A DNA stretch of 64,000 nt, taken from positions 1-64,000 of IMG/VR virus record IMGVR_UViG_3300023174_000045; one strand, 5' to 3'. The position numbers and the translations under genes are program-made. Below the pieces are notes generated by a model. That model was not told the origin of the DNA, made no database searches, and saw only the letters and a program-made list of their open reading frames with translations. This document shows positions 55,251-63,809 of this stretch, in pieces. Position 1 is the stretch's first letter; every line of letters starts with the position of its first letter.

Positions 55251-56586
55251 ATTGATCTAAAAAGTTGCCCCATTCAGGATAGTAATCTTTGGCATTGAGA
55301 TTGCACAATTTATCCCATTTGTTTAACCAACCAACCAGTTCTACTTTGAGTGCTTCGGCATTGGGCAATTCGGGAATCTGAATCATTTTGTACACACTGT
55401 TGAGTTCATTGTAGAGATTCAGTGCATTCTTTCCGTGCTCTCTTGACTGCGGCATGTCTGGATGTTGGTCTTGTTTGATATATTCAGCCAACTTGCTCAA
55501 CACACGCTCGTATTCAGCAAAGTAACTTTGTCTGATCGTCAAGGGCAATGCAGCCGCACGTAAGTATGCAGGATTCCAACAAGTATTGTTTTCTGTCACA
55601 ATGTTGTTGTCAAACATCCATTCAGTCAGGGCAGGGAATGTAGGCACTGTGAGTGCTGTGATGGTAGGTTTCAAACACACGCAGAATGTTTCACTTTGGT
55701 GCGACAAGAACGAACGAATGTTGTTCCAATACAGTTCTTTGTCTAGTCCTTGGCGAATGTAGAAGTTGTTGTCAGACACAGACTCAATGCTGATGTCGAT
55801 GTCTGCACGGAAGAATTTGGCAAACTTTTCAGCAATCTCCCGGCTGTATATGGTGCCATTGGTGATCAGGCTCACAGCAAAGTCAGTGCGGTTGTTTTGA
55901 ATAAAGAAATCCAAGAACTCTTCCAGTTTTGGACTCATAAAAGGCTCGCCGCCCATGAAGTGAACACTGCGTAGGTTCTTCATGCCCAGCAGTTCATTCA
56001 GGAACCGTTGCCAAACTTCTTCGTCGTCCATCCAGTTCATTCTGGTATGGTAATCTTCTTTGCTGAGTATGCCCCAGATTTTGTATTTGGTTGCAATCTG
56101 TGTGCTGTAACTGGGATTGCAATGTTTGCAGTAGAGATTGCATTCGTTGCCCATGTCAATGTGCAGGTCCACAGGCATGCCATCATAGTGTTCATCCAGG
56201 GCCTGGCCAGATTGCTCGCTGACAAACACATCATGGTGTGGACTTTGTTCAAAACTTTGCTGGAAGTTTTGCTGTGTGAATATCACACTGCGCCAATTTT
56301 GTGTGTTGCGATAACTGTCGTTGCCATACTGCTCGTCTTGATAGCAACCGGCACATTCGGCCAAGGGTTGATCGGCCAGCATGGACTCACGGTATCGTTT
56401 CATCTTTTCACCACGGTACCAGTCACGAATGCTGGTGGTTTTGATATTGGGTTTGATTGATTCGGGTTGTTTTGCGTAGCCATCAAACACCGGCGCTCGC
56501 TCACTGCAACACAGTCCATAACTACCGTCATGGTAAAGTTGCATGTGGAACCAAGGCACATTACAGAATATTTTGGGATTTGGCAT
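55225..56586 (-). CDS. radical SAM protein with N-terminal SPASM/twitch-like domain
   Basis: CNVPW..GLCC..CAGC; CNLYCKHC; FMGGEPF. Confidence 0.88.
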   Translation of the reverse strand: MPNPKIFCNVPWFHMQLYHDGSYGLCCSERAPVFDGYAKQPESIKPNIKTTSIRDWYRGEKMKRYRESMLADQPLAECAGCYQDEQYGNDSYRNTQNWRSVIFTQQNFQQSFEQSPHHDVFVSEQSGQALDEHYDGMPVDLHIDMGNECNLYCKHCNPSYSTQIATKYKIWGILSKEDYHTRMNWMDDEEVWQRFLNELLGMKNLRSVHFMGGEPFMSPKLEEFLDFFIQNNRTDFAVSLITNGTIYSREIAEKFAKFFRADIDISIESVSDNNFYIRQGLDKELYWNNIRSFLSHQSETFCVCLKPTITALTVPTFPALTEWMFDNNIVTENNTCWNPAYLRAAALPLTIRQSYFAEYERVLSKLAEYIKQDQHPDMPQSREHGKNALNLYNELNSVYKMIQIPELPNAEALKVELVGWLNKWDKLCNLNAKDYYPEWGNFLDQYGYEKISN

Positions 56587-56624
56587 TAATAATATTTATT
56601 GCTACATGCCTGAGTCAGTGTAAA

Positions 56625-56717
56625 TCAGTAATAGTAGCGATAACCACTGCGATATGCCTGTGCTTGACGTTCGCGATTTTTGATCATTGCCTCATAAATG
56701 GCTCGAAGATATTTCAC
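56625..56717 (-). CDS. 30-aa peptide (not in ORF track)
   Basis: GTGA overlap; VKYLRAIYEAMIKNRERQAQAYRSGYRYYY. Confidence 0.4.
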   Translation of the reverse strand: MKYLRAIYEAMIKNRERQAQAYRSGYRYYY

Positions 56718-56875
56718 ACTAGACCTCTTTGTTGGTCTTGAAAGTACTGACGTTCCCAGTGTTCCACATCAGCGGCATTTTGCGGATTGCGACTGGCAAT
56801 GTAACGTTCCAGTCTGCTTTGGTAATCGCTGTCCGGGAACATTTCGGCCAGGCGTTCTAGTAGTTTTTCTAACAT
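56714..56875 (-). CDS. small hypothetical protein
   Basis: TAAATA plus SD AAGGA; MLEKLLERLAEMFP. Confidence 0.65.
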   Translation of the reverse strand: MLEKLLERLAEMFPDSDYQSRLERYIASRNPQNAADVEHWERQYFQDQQRGLV

Positions 56876-56951
56876 GGTTTTTCCTTGATTTGCACTGATA
56901 TTTATCTCATGGTTTCTACTGAGTACTACTTTGGTACTACTTTTGGGGTGG

Positions 56952-56980
56952 TTGACCAATAATTCGCCAAATGCTATAAT
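56952..56980 (+). promoter_or_regulatory. early sigma70 promoter
   Basis: TTGACC-N17-TATAAT; 11-bp-period GTACTAC repeats upstream. Confidence 0.85.
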
Positions 56981-57009
56981 TGTGGCATACAAACAAAGAA
57001 AGGTAATTT

Positions 57010-57234
57010 ATGAATCTCAAAGTCAAAGCAGCCGCAATCGTAGCAGGTATTCTTGCATTTACTATTGTTGCACAAGGTGTGATTGCAGTGGCCGCAGAAA
57101 CATACGGGGGTCAGGCAGTTGTTAATACTTTTGTAGGCGGTATACTTTTGTTTTTGATCTATCAAATGTATACTATGGTATTAGCAACTTTGGAACGCAA
57201 CAAAGAAATTGAAAAATTGGCAAAAAAGGATTGA
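57010..57234 (+). CDS. small two-TM membrane protein
   Basis: Two hydrophobic helices; SD AAGG. Confidence 0.7.
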   Translation: MNLKVKAAAIVAGILAFTIVAQGVIAVAAETYGGQAVVNTFVGGILLFLIYQMYTMVLATLERNKEIEKLAKKD

Positions 57235-57259
57235 CCAGAAATTGCCCAAATGCTATAAT
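57231..57259 (+). promoter_or_regulatory. early sigma70 promoter
   Basis: TTGACC-N17-TATAAT. Confidence 0.85.
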
Positions 57260-57283
57260 ATGGACATATTGTAACAAAAGGAG
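57248..57283 (+). repeat. 36-bp direct repeat, copy 2
   Basis: Identical to 28090-28125. Confidence 0.9.
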
Positions 57284-57288
57284 TTGAG

Positions 57289-57558
57289 ATGCGTAAACAG
57301 CGACTGATACAAGGCTTGAACAACAGCCAAAAAATCCGTTTTATTGTGGACAATGTTGGCATGTACTGCCGAATCTCAGACGTTGAGAATTTTGCTACCT
57401 ACTCTGCCCAGCAGGCAGTGATCACAGCTCTGCAAAATCTGCAGGCTCAACGTGAGCTGGCGTTTGCCATGTGCCGACAACAGCCCACTGGCTGGGGCAC
57501 CAACAGCATTTTTGCCGGCAAGCAACACAATGTTCAAGTTGATTTACTCAAGGACTAA
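57289..57558 (+). CDS. early hypothetical protein
   Basis: SD AAGGAG. Confidence 0.7.
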   Translation: MRKQRLIQGLNNSQKIRFIVDNVGMYCRISDVENFATYSAQQAVITALQNLQAQRELAFAMCRQQPTGWGTNSIFAGKQHNVQVDLLKD

Positions 57559-57560
57559 TT

Positions 57561-57722
57561 ATGGAAAACAATTCAATCCGTTGGGAATGGACACAACCAT
57601 ACACTGCCTGGCAGCCCATGGCCAATTATGCTCACACACACAATGAGACAATTGAGCAAGCACTTGAAACCGAAGATCTTGTTGAGGCTCGTGCCGTACT
57701 AGCAAGGATCATGGCCAAATGA
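57561..57722 (+). CDS. 53-aa hypothetical protein (not in ORF track)
   Basis: SD AAGGA; MENNSIRWEWTQPY...; ATGA overlap with next gene. Confidence 0.55.
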   Translation: MENNSIRWEWTQPYTAWQPMANYAHTHNETIEQALETEDLVEARAVLARIMAK

Positions 57723-58069
57723 AATGGTTTGCTGAAACTACAGAATGGGCTGATGCCAAAAGTGACAACCACATCTACTTGTTGGACGACAGCAAGAGCA
57801 AGATGTATGCGTATGTCCGACATGGTCGCGGCCTGCCCCAAAAGTTCAGCAAACCCATTCGCATTGACATTCGTGGACGCAAGTTCAAACTCAATCCCGA
57901 GCAGTTCAAAATTGACGTTGAGGCCGAAGTGCCAGAAGGGCGTGTGATTGAAGTGCAAGGCAGCAAGGGTGACGTTTATCGAGTAACCGAACTACGTGGT
58001 GAATACTCATGCACTTGCTCAGGCTTCAAGTTCCGTGGTGATTGTAAACATGTCAAAGGTGTACAATGA
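57719..58069 (+). CDS. SWIM-type zinc finger protein
   Basis: VQGSKG..Y.V...CTCSGFKFRGDCKH. Confidence 0.75.
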   Translation: MKWFAETTEWADAKSDNHIYLLDDSKSKMYAYVRHGRGLPQKFSKPIRIDIRGRKFKLNPEQFKIDVEAEVPEGRVIEVQGSKGDVYRVTELRGEYSCTCSGFKFRGDCKHVKGVQ

Positions 58070-58410
58070 TAGATTGGCGAACCAAAGACCTGCGAAACAT
58101 GGGTATGGAATTGTCCTTGGAAACGCAAGAAGCCATTGAGAACTATTTGCTTCGGGGATGGGCTCCTGGCGGCTATTTGGAAAGTATGCTGGCACACGAT
58201 TATGAACGTGCGTTTGCCTGTGCAGACACTGCCAATCGACAGACCATCTGGGCATTACAGCGTTGGATTTCGGAATCGGCACCACCACAGTGCCACGGCA
58301 GTTATGAGGCTGTTGGCATGTGGCGTGATGATGTTGGCTATTGCAGAACGGATTATATACGCAAAATTGAGCAGGCAGCAATTTGGCGCAAATTAAGCAC
58401 AGTTGCCTAA
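58066..58410 (+). CDS. hypothetical protein
   Basis: Coupled ORF. Confidence 0.7.
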   Translation: MIDWRTKDLRNMGMELSLETQEAIENYLLRGWAPGGYLESMLAHDYERAFACADTANRQTIWALQRWISESAPPQCHGSYEAVGMWRDDVGYCRTDYIRKIEQAAIWRKLSTVA

Positions 58411-58505
58411 AACAACCAAAAAACCCGGGAAATATACTGGGTTTGTATAGTACTCCTTAAATATTTGTCCACAAACTAAGAAGTTTGTTTTTAAAGGAGT
58501 CTTAA

Positions 58506-58736
58506 ATGGACAAAGCGTTTGAAATGGCCTCAGGCCTGTTGGGTCACGTAGTTGACCTTGGTATTAAGTTGATTGCAGTTGGTGTTGTGCTCCAAATCTT
58601 GTTTGGTGCCGCAGTGCCTTTCTTGGCAATTGATGTTGTTTCCAGCATAGTCAAATTGGTAACTGCACTAGGCAGCCAAGGTTTGGTTGGCTTGGTTTCA
58701 ATTGCAGTGATCTATTGGGCCTTCAACAAGAAATAA
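58506..58736 (+). CDS. small hydrophobic membrane protein
   Basis: Nearly all hydrophobic; TAAATA plus SD AAGGAG. Confidence 0.75.
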   Translation: MDKAFEMASGLLGHVVDLGIKLIAVGVVLQILFGAAVPFLAIDVVSSIVKLVTALGSQGLVGLVSIAVIYWAFNKK

Positions 58737-58755
58737 ATTTCTTGCCGGACTCATA

Positions 58756-58779
58756 AAAAACCACCCTAGGGTGGTTTTT
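58756..58779. terminator. bidirectional intrinsic terminator
   Basis: AAAAACCACCC/GGGTGGTTTTT between convergent genes. Confidence 0.8.
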
Positions 58780-58785
58780 CTTTGG

Positions 58786-59013
58786 TTACGCCGCGTCTAC
58801 GAACTTTTTAAGTTCTTCGGCCTTGGCCACAATATCCGTGCTGGACGGAAAATCAGGCAAGGTTGGGAACGGATGACTTTCCCGGTTGGCATCAGTTAAC
58901 TTGGAATGGTATTCCTGTAACTTGGCTTCGCGGGTTTGGTAAATTGGCGTTTGAAGAATTTCTTTGGCCAGGTTCAGAAGTTCGAGACGGATCTCGTAAG
59001 GTGTTTTGCTCAT
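58786..59013 (-). CDS. small conserved phage protein
   Basis: MSKTPYEIRLELL...PSSTDIVAKAEEL..FV; TAAATA, 5' hairpin and SD. Confidence 0.75.
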   Translation of the reverse strand: MSKTPYEIRLELLNLAKEILQTPIYQTREAKLQEYHSKLTDANRESHPFPTLPDFPSSTDIVAKAEELKKFVDAA

Positions 59014-59105
59014 ATTTTTCTCCTTTGTGTGTATGTGTGTCTAACACGAGCTGTGACTTTCATCACAATAATATTTAGTCTGGCAAAACTGATACTCAAA
59101 ATTTG

Positions 59106-59134
59106 TTGCATTGTAATACAAACCCGTGTATACT
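59106..59134 (+). promoter_or_regulatory. sigma70 promoter
   Basis: TTGCAT-N17-TATACT. Confidence 0.75.
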
Positions 59135-59184
59135 TGTGGAATGCTGTGATGCAACAGCTAATTTTTTATTTAAAGGAGTATTTT

Positions 59185-59454
59185 ATGATGCATTTCAATC
59201 CCGAAACCAAGACCTACAAACTGTTCCATGCCTTGTACAATGGCGAAACAGTGACTGCCAGCCAAGCTGAAAAGCGTTTTGGCATCAAGAACATCAGCGC
59301 TGAAGTCAGCCGTGTTCGCCAAGCTGGTTATGCAGTTTATGCCAACAGCCGCAAAGCTGGCAATGGCGTTAAAGTCACAGAGTATGTGATTGGCAAACCC
59401 AGCCGCAAATTGGTTGCCGCTGGTTACAAAGCAATGGCACTTGGTTTGGTCTAA
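59185..59454 (+). CDS. winged helix-turn-helix protein
   Basis: L..G.TVT..QA..RFGIKN.SA.VS.VR..GY; SD AAGGAG. Confidence 0.7.
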   Translation: MMHFNPETKTYKLFHALYNGETVTASQAEKRFGIKNISAEVSRVRQAGYAVYANSRKAGNGVKVTEYVIGKPSRKLVAAGYKAMALGLV

Positions 59455-59492
59455 ACCAACTCGCTGTCCAATTCACACTGGACACACATGAC

Positions 59493-59520
59493 AAAAGCCC
59501 TACAACTGGTAGGGCTTTTT
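59493..59520 (+). terminator. intrinsic terminator
   Basis: AAAAGCCCTAC/GTAGGGCTTTT. Confidence 0.8.
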
Positions 59521-59521
59521 C

Positions 59522-59550
59522 TTGACCGATAATTCTGTATCGTGTATAAT
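59522..59550 (+). promoter_or_regulatory. early sigma70 promoter (leaderless)
   Basis: TTGACC-N17-TATAAT; ATG 5 nt later. Confidence 0.85.
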
Positions 59551-59555
59551 ACACT

Positions 59556-60014
59556 ATGATTAAAGAACTCTTCCAACGTTGGGATCGGCACCGTGTGATC
59601 ATGGACCGTGTGAATGGCGAACCTTATTTGGAACGCTACTACGTGTTTCTTAAGGATAGAAAACGATTCCCATTCAACATCTTTGTGCATAAATTTTTGA
59701 AGTCGGATCCAGACGATGTGCATGATCATCCCTGGCCTTACTTTACTATTATATTGAAGGGTGGTTACTGGGAATGGATTCCGGTGTTTAACACACGTGG
59801 TCAAAAGATACACGAGTATTGTGTGTGGCGCAAGCCCGGCAGTTTTAGATGGGCCAGTGCCAACACCTATCACAGAATTGAATTGGATCCAGCAGTGACA
59901 TGTTGGACACTGTTCATGCCCGGCATCAAACAACGCGACTGGGGCTTCCTGGTCAAGAACAAGTGGGTGCAGTGGCAAGAATACTTGACCATGCGCCGAA
60001 GTCAATCAACCTGA
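59556..60014 (+). CDS. cupin-fold protein
   Basis: H.F..SD.DD.HDHPW, GGY.E, HRIEL, WTLF. Confidence 0.75.
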   Translation: MIKELFQRWDRHRVIMDRVNGEPYLERYYVFLKDRKRFPFNIFVHKFLKSDPDDVHDHPWPYFTIILKGGYWEWIPVFNTRGQKIHEYCVWRKPGSFRWASANTYHRIELDPAVTCWTLFMPGIKQRDWGFLVKNKWVQWQEYLTMRRSQST

Positions 60015-60024
60015 AAGTAAATAT

Positions 60025-60432
60025 ATGACAGACATAGGACAGTTTCTCATGGAATTCGGTGACTTTTTAATTTGGTTTGGACTGATATACTTTGCAGTTA
60101 CCATAGCATTTGGCCTGCTGGAAGCCTGGTTGATACACCGGTTTTCTCAAGAACTCACTGAAGAATTGTCTTCAGTGGGGCAGGCCTTGGATGAAGAACG
60201 GCTGATTGCACTCACAGTGGAACACGAGCATGATCAATATTTCTGTTATAATAGTGTCACCAACGACTTTGTTTGTCAAGGGCGTGATTTGAAGGAAATA
60301 CGTGAACGGTTTCGTGAGAGGTATCCCAACAAGGATGCGGCCATTTATGATGGTGACAAGACAGCAGTGGCCACGCTGAAATCGCAACTCAAAGAATTAA
60401 AGAAACAAAATGAAAATAGCATTGGTATCTGA
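60025..60432 (+). CDS. N-terminally membrane-anchored hypothetical protein
   Basis: TM helix followed by E.....YCY...TN.FVCQG. Confidence 0.7.
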   Translation: MTDIGQFLMEFGDFLIWFGLIYFAVTIAFGLLEAWLIHRFSQELTEELSSVGQALDEERLIALTVEHEHDQYFCYNSVTNDFVCQGRDLKEIRERFRERYPNKDAAIYDGDKTAVATLKSQLKELKKQNENSIGI

Positions 60433-61237
60433 CGTACACCTAGAGTTTGGTGACCTAGACTTTGACAACGACAGCGGCGCTGACGTCCTAATCCTGGGTG
60501 GTGACATTTGCATTGCCAACGATATGACGCAACGTGATCTTTACAACACCATGGGTGAAGAATATCGCAGTAACCGATTTCATGCGTTCTTCCAACGATG
60601 CAGTGAGAGATTTCCGCATGTGATTTTCATTGTGGGCAATCACGAACACTATCATGGTGACTTTGCCAAGACTGTGCCGCACTTCAAAGATGTCCTGAGA
60701 TATTTGCCCAACTTGCACATACTTGAAAAAGAAACTTTTGTGCTGGATGACATCACATTCATTGGTGGCACATTATGGACTGACATGAATAAGCGTAGTG
60801 TTCGTACCTTGCATGAGATTTCACGCATGATGAATGATTTTCGTTGTGTAGACAATACGGCCAAAGACAATGATCAATGGGGCAGTCGGTTTACCACCAC
60901 AGATGCTGCCAATGACCATGATGCCATGTTGGCATTTGTTCGAACCACTGTGGAGTCCAATCCTGCCGGACGCTATGTTGTGGTAGGGCATCATGCACCC
61001 AGCAGGCTCAGCACCCATCCAAAATATGCCCATGAGGCCATAATGAATGGTGGGTACAGTAGTGAACTGGATGACTTTATTTTGGATCACCCACAGATCA
61101 AGTTATGGACACACGGGCACACGCACGAGGACTTTGACTACCGAATTGGGTCATGTCGAATCTTGTGCAACCCAAGAGGTTATGTCAACTATGAAGAAAG
61201 GGCAGATACATGGCGCCTGGTCACAGTGGAAGTATAA
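60410..61237 (+). CDS. calcineurin-like metallophosphoesterase
   Basis: SDVHLE, GGDI, GNHEHY, GHHAP, HGHTH, NPRGY. Confidence 0.9.
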   Translation: MKIALVSDVHLEFGDLDFDNDSGADVLILGGDICIANDMTQRDLYNTMGEEYRSNRFHAFFQRCSERFPHVIFIVGNHEHYHGDFAKTVPHFKDVLRYLPNLHILEKETFVLDDITFIGGTLWTDMNKRSVRTLHEISRMMNDFRCVDNTAKDNDQWGSRFTTTDAANDHDAMLAFVRTTVESNPAGRYVVVGHHAPSRLSTHPKYAHEAIMNGGYSSELDDFILDHPQIKLWTHGHTHEDFDYRIGSCRILCNPRGYVNYEERADTWRLVTVEV

Positions 61238-61244
61238 AAAACTG

Positions 61245-61274
61245 GTTGCGTTATTCGGGATTTTGTGTTATAAT
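61245..61274 (+). promoter_or_regulatory. sigma70 promoter (extended -10)
   Basis: TTGCGT-N18-TATAAT with TGn. Confidence 0.7.
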
Positions 61275-61280
61275 AAAGGG

Positions 61281-61384
61281 AAATCCTTGTCATTGGAGTT
61301 TGTTGCCCTGGGCACGCCGAGAACCCAATGACGGATGGCCCAGTCCCAACGAACGCACGTGGAGTGTGGGTTGGATCTTTTTAA
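61281..61384 (+). ncRNA. candidate ~100-nt structured small RNA or attenuator
   Basis: Long stem ATCC-TT-GTCATTGG/CCAATGAC-GGAT, then hairpin CCAAC/GTTGG followed by T-run. Confidence 0.5.
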
Positions 61385-61399
61385 CCTTGAGAATATGGA

Positions 61400-61612
61400 T
61401 TGATGATGGAAGCTGGTAAAACAAAAACTCGTTTTGACATGGAACAAGAGATCATGCAGGCATGGCAAGTGCTGGATGATATCAAAATGTTGAGCGCCCG
61501 TGAAGGCACCGAAAAGGAAGACTGGGACGCAGTAGTCCGACTGTATCAAATTCGTTTTGAAACTTTGTTTGAAACATTTGAACAACTGATCAAAGCCGGC
61601 ACCATTCTTTGA
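61400..61612 (+). CDS. small hypothetical protein
   Basis: RFDMEQEIMQAW...Y..RF..L...FE. Confidence 0.7.
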   Translation: MMMEAGKTKTRFDMEQEIMQAWQVLDDIKMLSAREGTEKEDWDAVVRLYQIRFETLFETFEQLIKAGTIL

Positions 61613-62151
61613 TGTTTACAGAATCCATTGACACTGATCGATTTGTTTTGAGAGTGCCAAGATCCACTGATGGTGTGGCAGTGTATGCGGCTGTGGCAGA
61701 TGTAATTAAACAACTTCGCACATGGCCAGAATCATGGCCTTGGGCCAAGCAGGCACAAAGCCTGGCAGTTTCTACAGCATATTGTGAACGAGCACGTGAG
61801 AATTTTGAACGTGAACAACAATGGAGCCTGTTTGTGTTTGATCGACTCACTAAACAGGTGGTTGGCAATTTAGAATTTCACACTCTACACACAGAGTTGA
61901 ACATGTGGGAACTGGGGTTTTGGACCCGAACATCGCTGCAACGTTGTGGCTTGATGTATGAGTCAATGATTGCATTGTTTGACTGGATGAAACAACACAA
62001 TCCTGACATCGAAATGCTGACCAAACACAACATCAACAATGGTGCCAGTATGCAAATAATGGAAAAAGTGGGATTCAAGTCAGTTGGCGAATATGTGTTT
62101 GACTCAGTGGCATACAAAATGTATTCCAGCAATCCAAGAGGAGTTGAATGA
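61612..62151 (+). CDS. GNAT acetyltransferase, RimJ/RimL family
   Basis: IDTDRFVLR, ELGFW......G.M.E, N.AS..I.EKVGF. Confidence 0.82.
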   Translation: MFTESIDTDRFVLRVPRSTDGVAVYAAVADVIKQLRTWPESWPWAKQAQSLAVSTAYCERARENFEREQQWSLFVFDRLTKQVVGNLEFHTLHTELNMWELGFWTRTSLQRCGLMYESMIALFDWMKQHNPDIEMLTKHNINNGASMQIMEKVGFKSVGEYVFDSVAYKMYSSNPRGVE

Positions 62152-62390
62152 TGATTAGTGCAGTATTATTTGTCGTTGCCTTAATAGGATGGGGGTGGCT
62201 GGTGTTTGGAAATCATTTCACATGGCTGGAACGCCGCCGAGAACTATGCAGTATTGGTGACCATTGGTTGACCAATAAGGGATTTACTTGGCATAACAAG
62301 CACGGTGAATACTTTAGCGAGCATCATTGCAGAGCTTGCGATTACATGAAGGTACACAATGAGCCCAGAGCAACAGATCCGAGTACATGA
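62148..62390 (+). CDS. small membrane-anchored protein with Cys/His motif
   Basis: TM N-terminus; C..GDH...HHC..C. Confidence 0.55.
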   Translation: MMISAVLFVVALIGWGWLVFGNHFTWLERRRELCSIGDHWLTNKGFTWHNKHGEYFSEHHCRACDYMKVHNEPRATDPST

Positions 62391-62592
62391 AGAATGGTGC
62401 CGACTGCGAGTAGAGGCCGCTGAGGCTGATCGTGACTATGCACTGGGCTTGGCCGGTGCCGCACATTTGGAATTGATGCAAGCCTTGAAATATGGATTCA
62501 ATCCTGCCTCAGCACACAGCACACTGATCAGCATTGGCAAGTTGAGTCCAAGACTAAATCAAATAAGAGAAGAATATGAACGAAAAGTTTAA
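62359..62592 (+). CDS. hypothetical protein
   Basis: Coupled ORF. Confidence 0.55.
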   Translation: MSPEQQIRVHEEWCRLRVEAAEADRDYALGLAGAAHLELMQALKYGFNPASAHSTLISIGKLSPRLNQIREEYERKV

Positions 62593-62815
62593 ACAGTTGG
62601 CCCTCGAGGCCAAGATGGCGACTGCGGACTTTGATGTAGGCAGTTACTATGTGGCCACACCAGATCGGATGCAGAAACTTTGCGAATTGATTGTGCGGGA
62701 ATGTGCCAAAGCCTGTATCAATATGGGCAATGACTATGAAATAAAATCTGCTGGTCAGTATCAAGCAGAAATGTTTGCTTTTGCGATTAAAAAACATTTT
62801 GGAGTTGAACAATGA
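62576..62815 (+). CDS. hypothetical protein
   Basis: MNEKFKQLALEA...ELIVREC...IKKHFGVE. Confidence 0.7.
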   Translation: MNEKFKQLALEAKMATADFDVGSYYVATPDRMQKLCELIVRECAKACINMGNDYEIKSAGQYQAEMFAFAIKKHFGVEQ

Positions 62816-63537
62816 AAATTTACATCAGCGGATATAGAGATCATTGGATCTCACCTTACACCATGCTGGACTATGTGTTCTTCTGGACTGACTGGTCCAA
62901 GTGTGCTCGTTGGACTGTGGAACAAAGTCTTGAAGATCATCGTAGAGAAAAATCTCAGTTTGTGGAACGTCCAGACTGGTGTGAAAAGTGGAGTGACCGT
63001 CTTACACCCATCAGCCGGGGCATCATGTGGGTACTGGATCGTGTGCATCCGCCCATCAACTACATCAAGATTGACCGCTACGATACCTGGAGCATGGACC
63101 ATACATTGAGTCCAATTATCTTGCCCATGCTGAAACAACTCAAAGAAAAAAAGCATGGCGCACCGTTTGTGGATGACGAGGATGTGCCTGAAGAACTGAA
63201 GTCAACATCTGCACCGCCCAAAGAAAATGACTGGGACACTGATGCCAATCACTTTGCTCGTTGGGACTGGGTCATGGATGAAATGATCTTTGCGTTTGAG
63301 TGCAAGGTAGATGACTCCTGGGAAGAAGCGTTTCGTTCAGGCGAACATGACCTGCTTTGGATACCAGTAGACAAAGAAGGCAATGAAGTGCCCAAAGGTG
63401 AACACAAATACTATCAAATGGGCAAAGGTCCCAAAGATACCTACCAGTGCGATTACGAAGGAATGAAAGTGGTAGAAACTCGCATCCAAAACGGCTTCCG
63501 CTTGTTTGGAAAATATTTTTCTTCGCTCTGGGACTGA
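62812..63537 (+). CDS. conserved hypothetical phage protein
   Basis: IDRYDTWSMDHTL, GAPFVDD.DVP, RWDWVMDEMI.AF, GF.LFGKY...LWD. Confidence 0.8.
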   Translation: MKIYISGYRDHWISPYTMLDYVFFWTDWSKCARWTVEQSLEDHRREKSQFVERPDWCEKWSDRLTPISRGIMWVLDRVHPPINYIKIDRYDTWSMDHTLSPIILPMLKQLKEKKHGAPFVDDEDVPEELKSTSAPPKENDWDTDANHFARWDWVMDEMIFAFECKVDDSWEEAFRSGEHDLLWIPVDKEGNEVPKGEHKYYQMGKGPKDTYQCDYEGMKVVETRIQNGFRLFGKYFSSLWD

Positions 63538-63809
63538 TGCTCGGTCACAACTACAACGATCACAGAGCCAGTTTAGGCTATTCAATTAAAAGTCTAAAAG
63601 AAGCGGATCAGGCATTTCATTCTCGAGCTAAGTGGGCCGTGGAGTTTGCATGGTGGCCACACCGCTGTGAAATCACTAGAAAAATTATTTGGTTGCAACA
63701 TGCTTACCGTGGTTGTGTTAGGTGGTCTGATGGCTGGGCCACACCTGATTATCGTTGGCATGATCGCCATGAACATTTGATTTGGGTATTAAAAGGACCA
63801 TATGGGTAA
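63537..63809 (+). CDS. Trp-rich hypothetical protein
   Basis: TGATG overlap; FAWWPHRC..T...IWL..AY. Confidence 0.65.
   Translation: MLGHNYNDHRASLGYSIKSLKEADQAFHSRAKWAVEFAWWPHRCEITRKIIWLQHAYRGCVRWSDGWATPDYRWHDRHEHLIWVLKGPYG

Noticed and set aside
61289-61336. Fluoride riboswitch resemblance (UGGAGUU ... AAUGAC)
   Set aside because: The required P1 and GGAGUU/GACUCC pseudoknot pairings are absent
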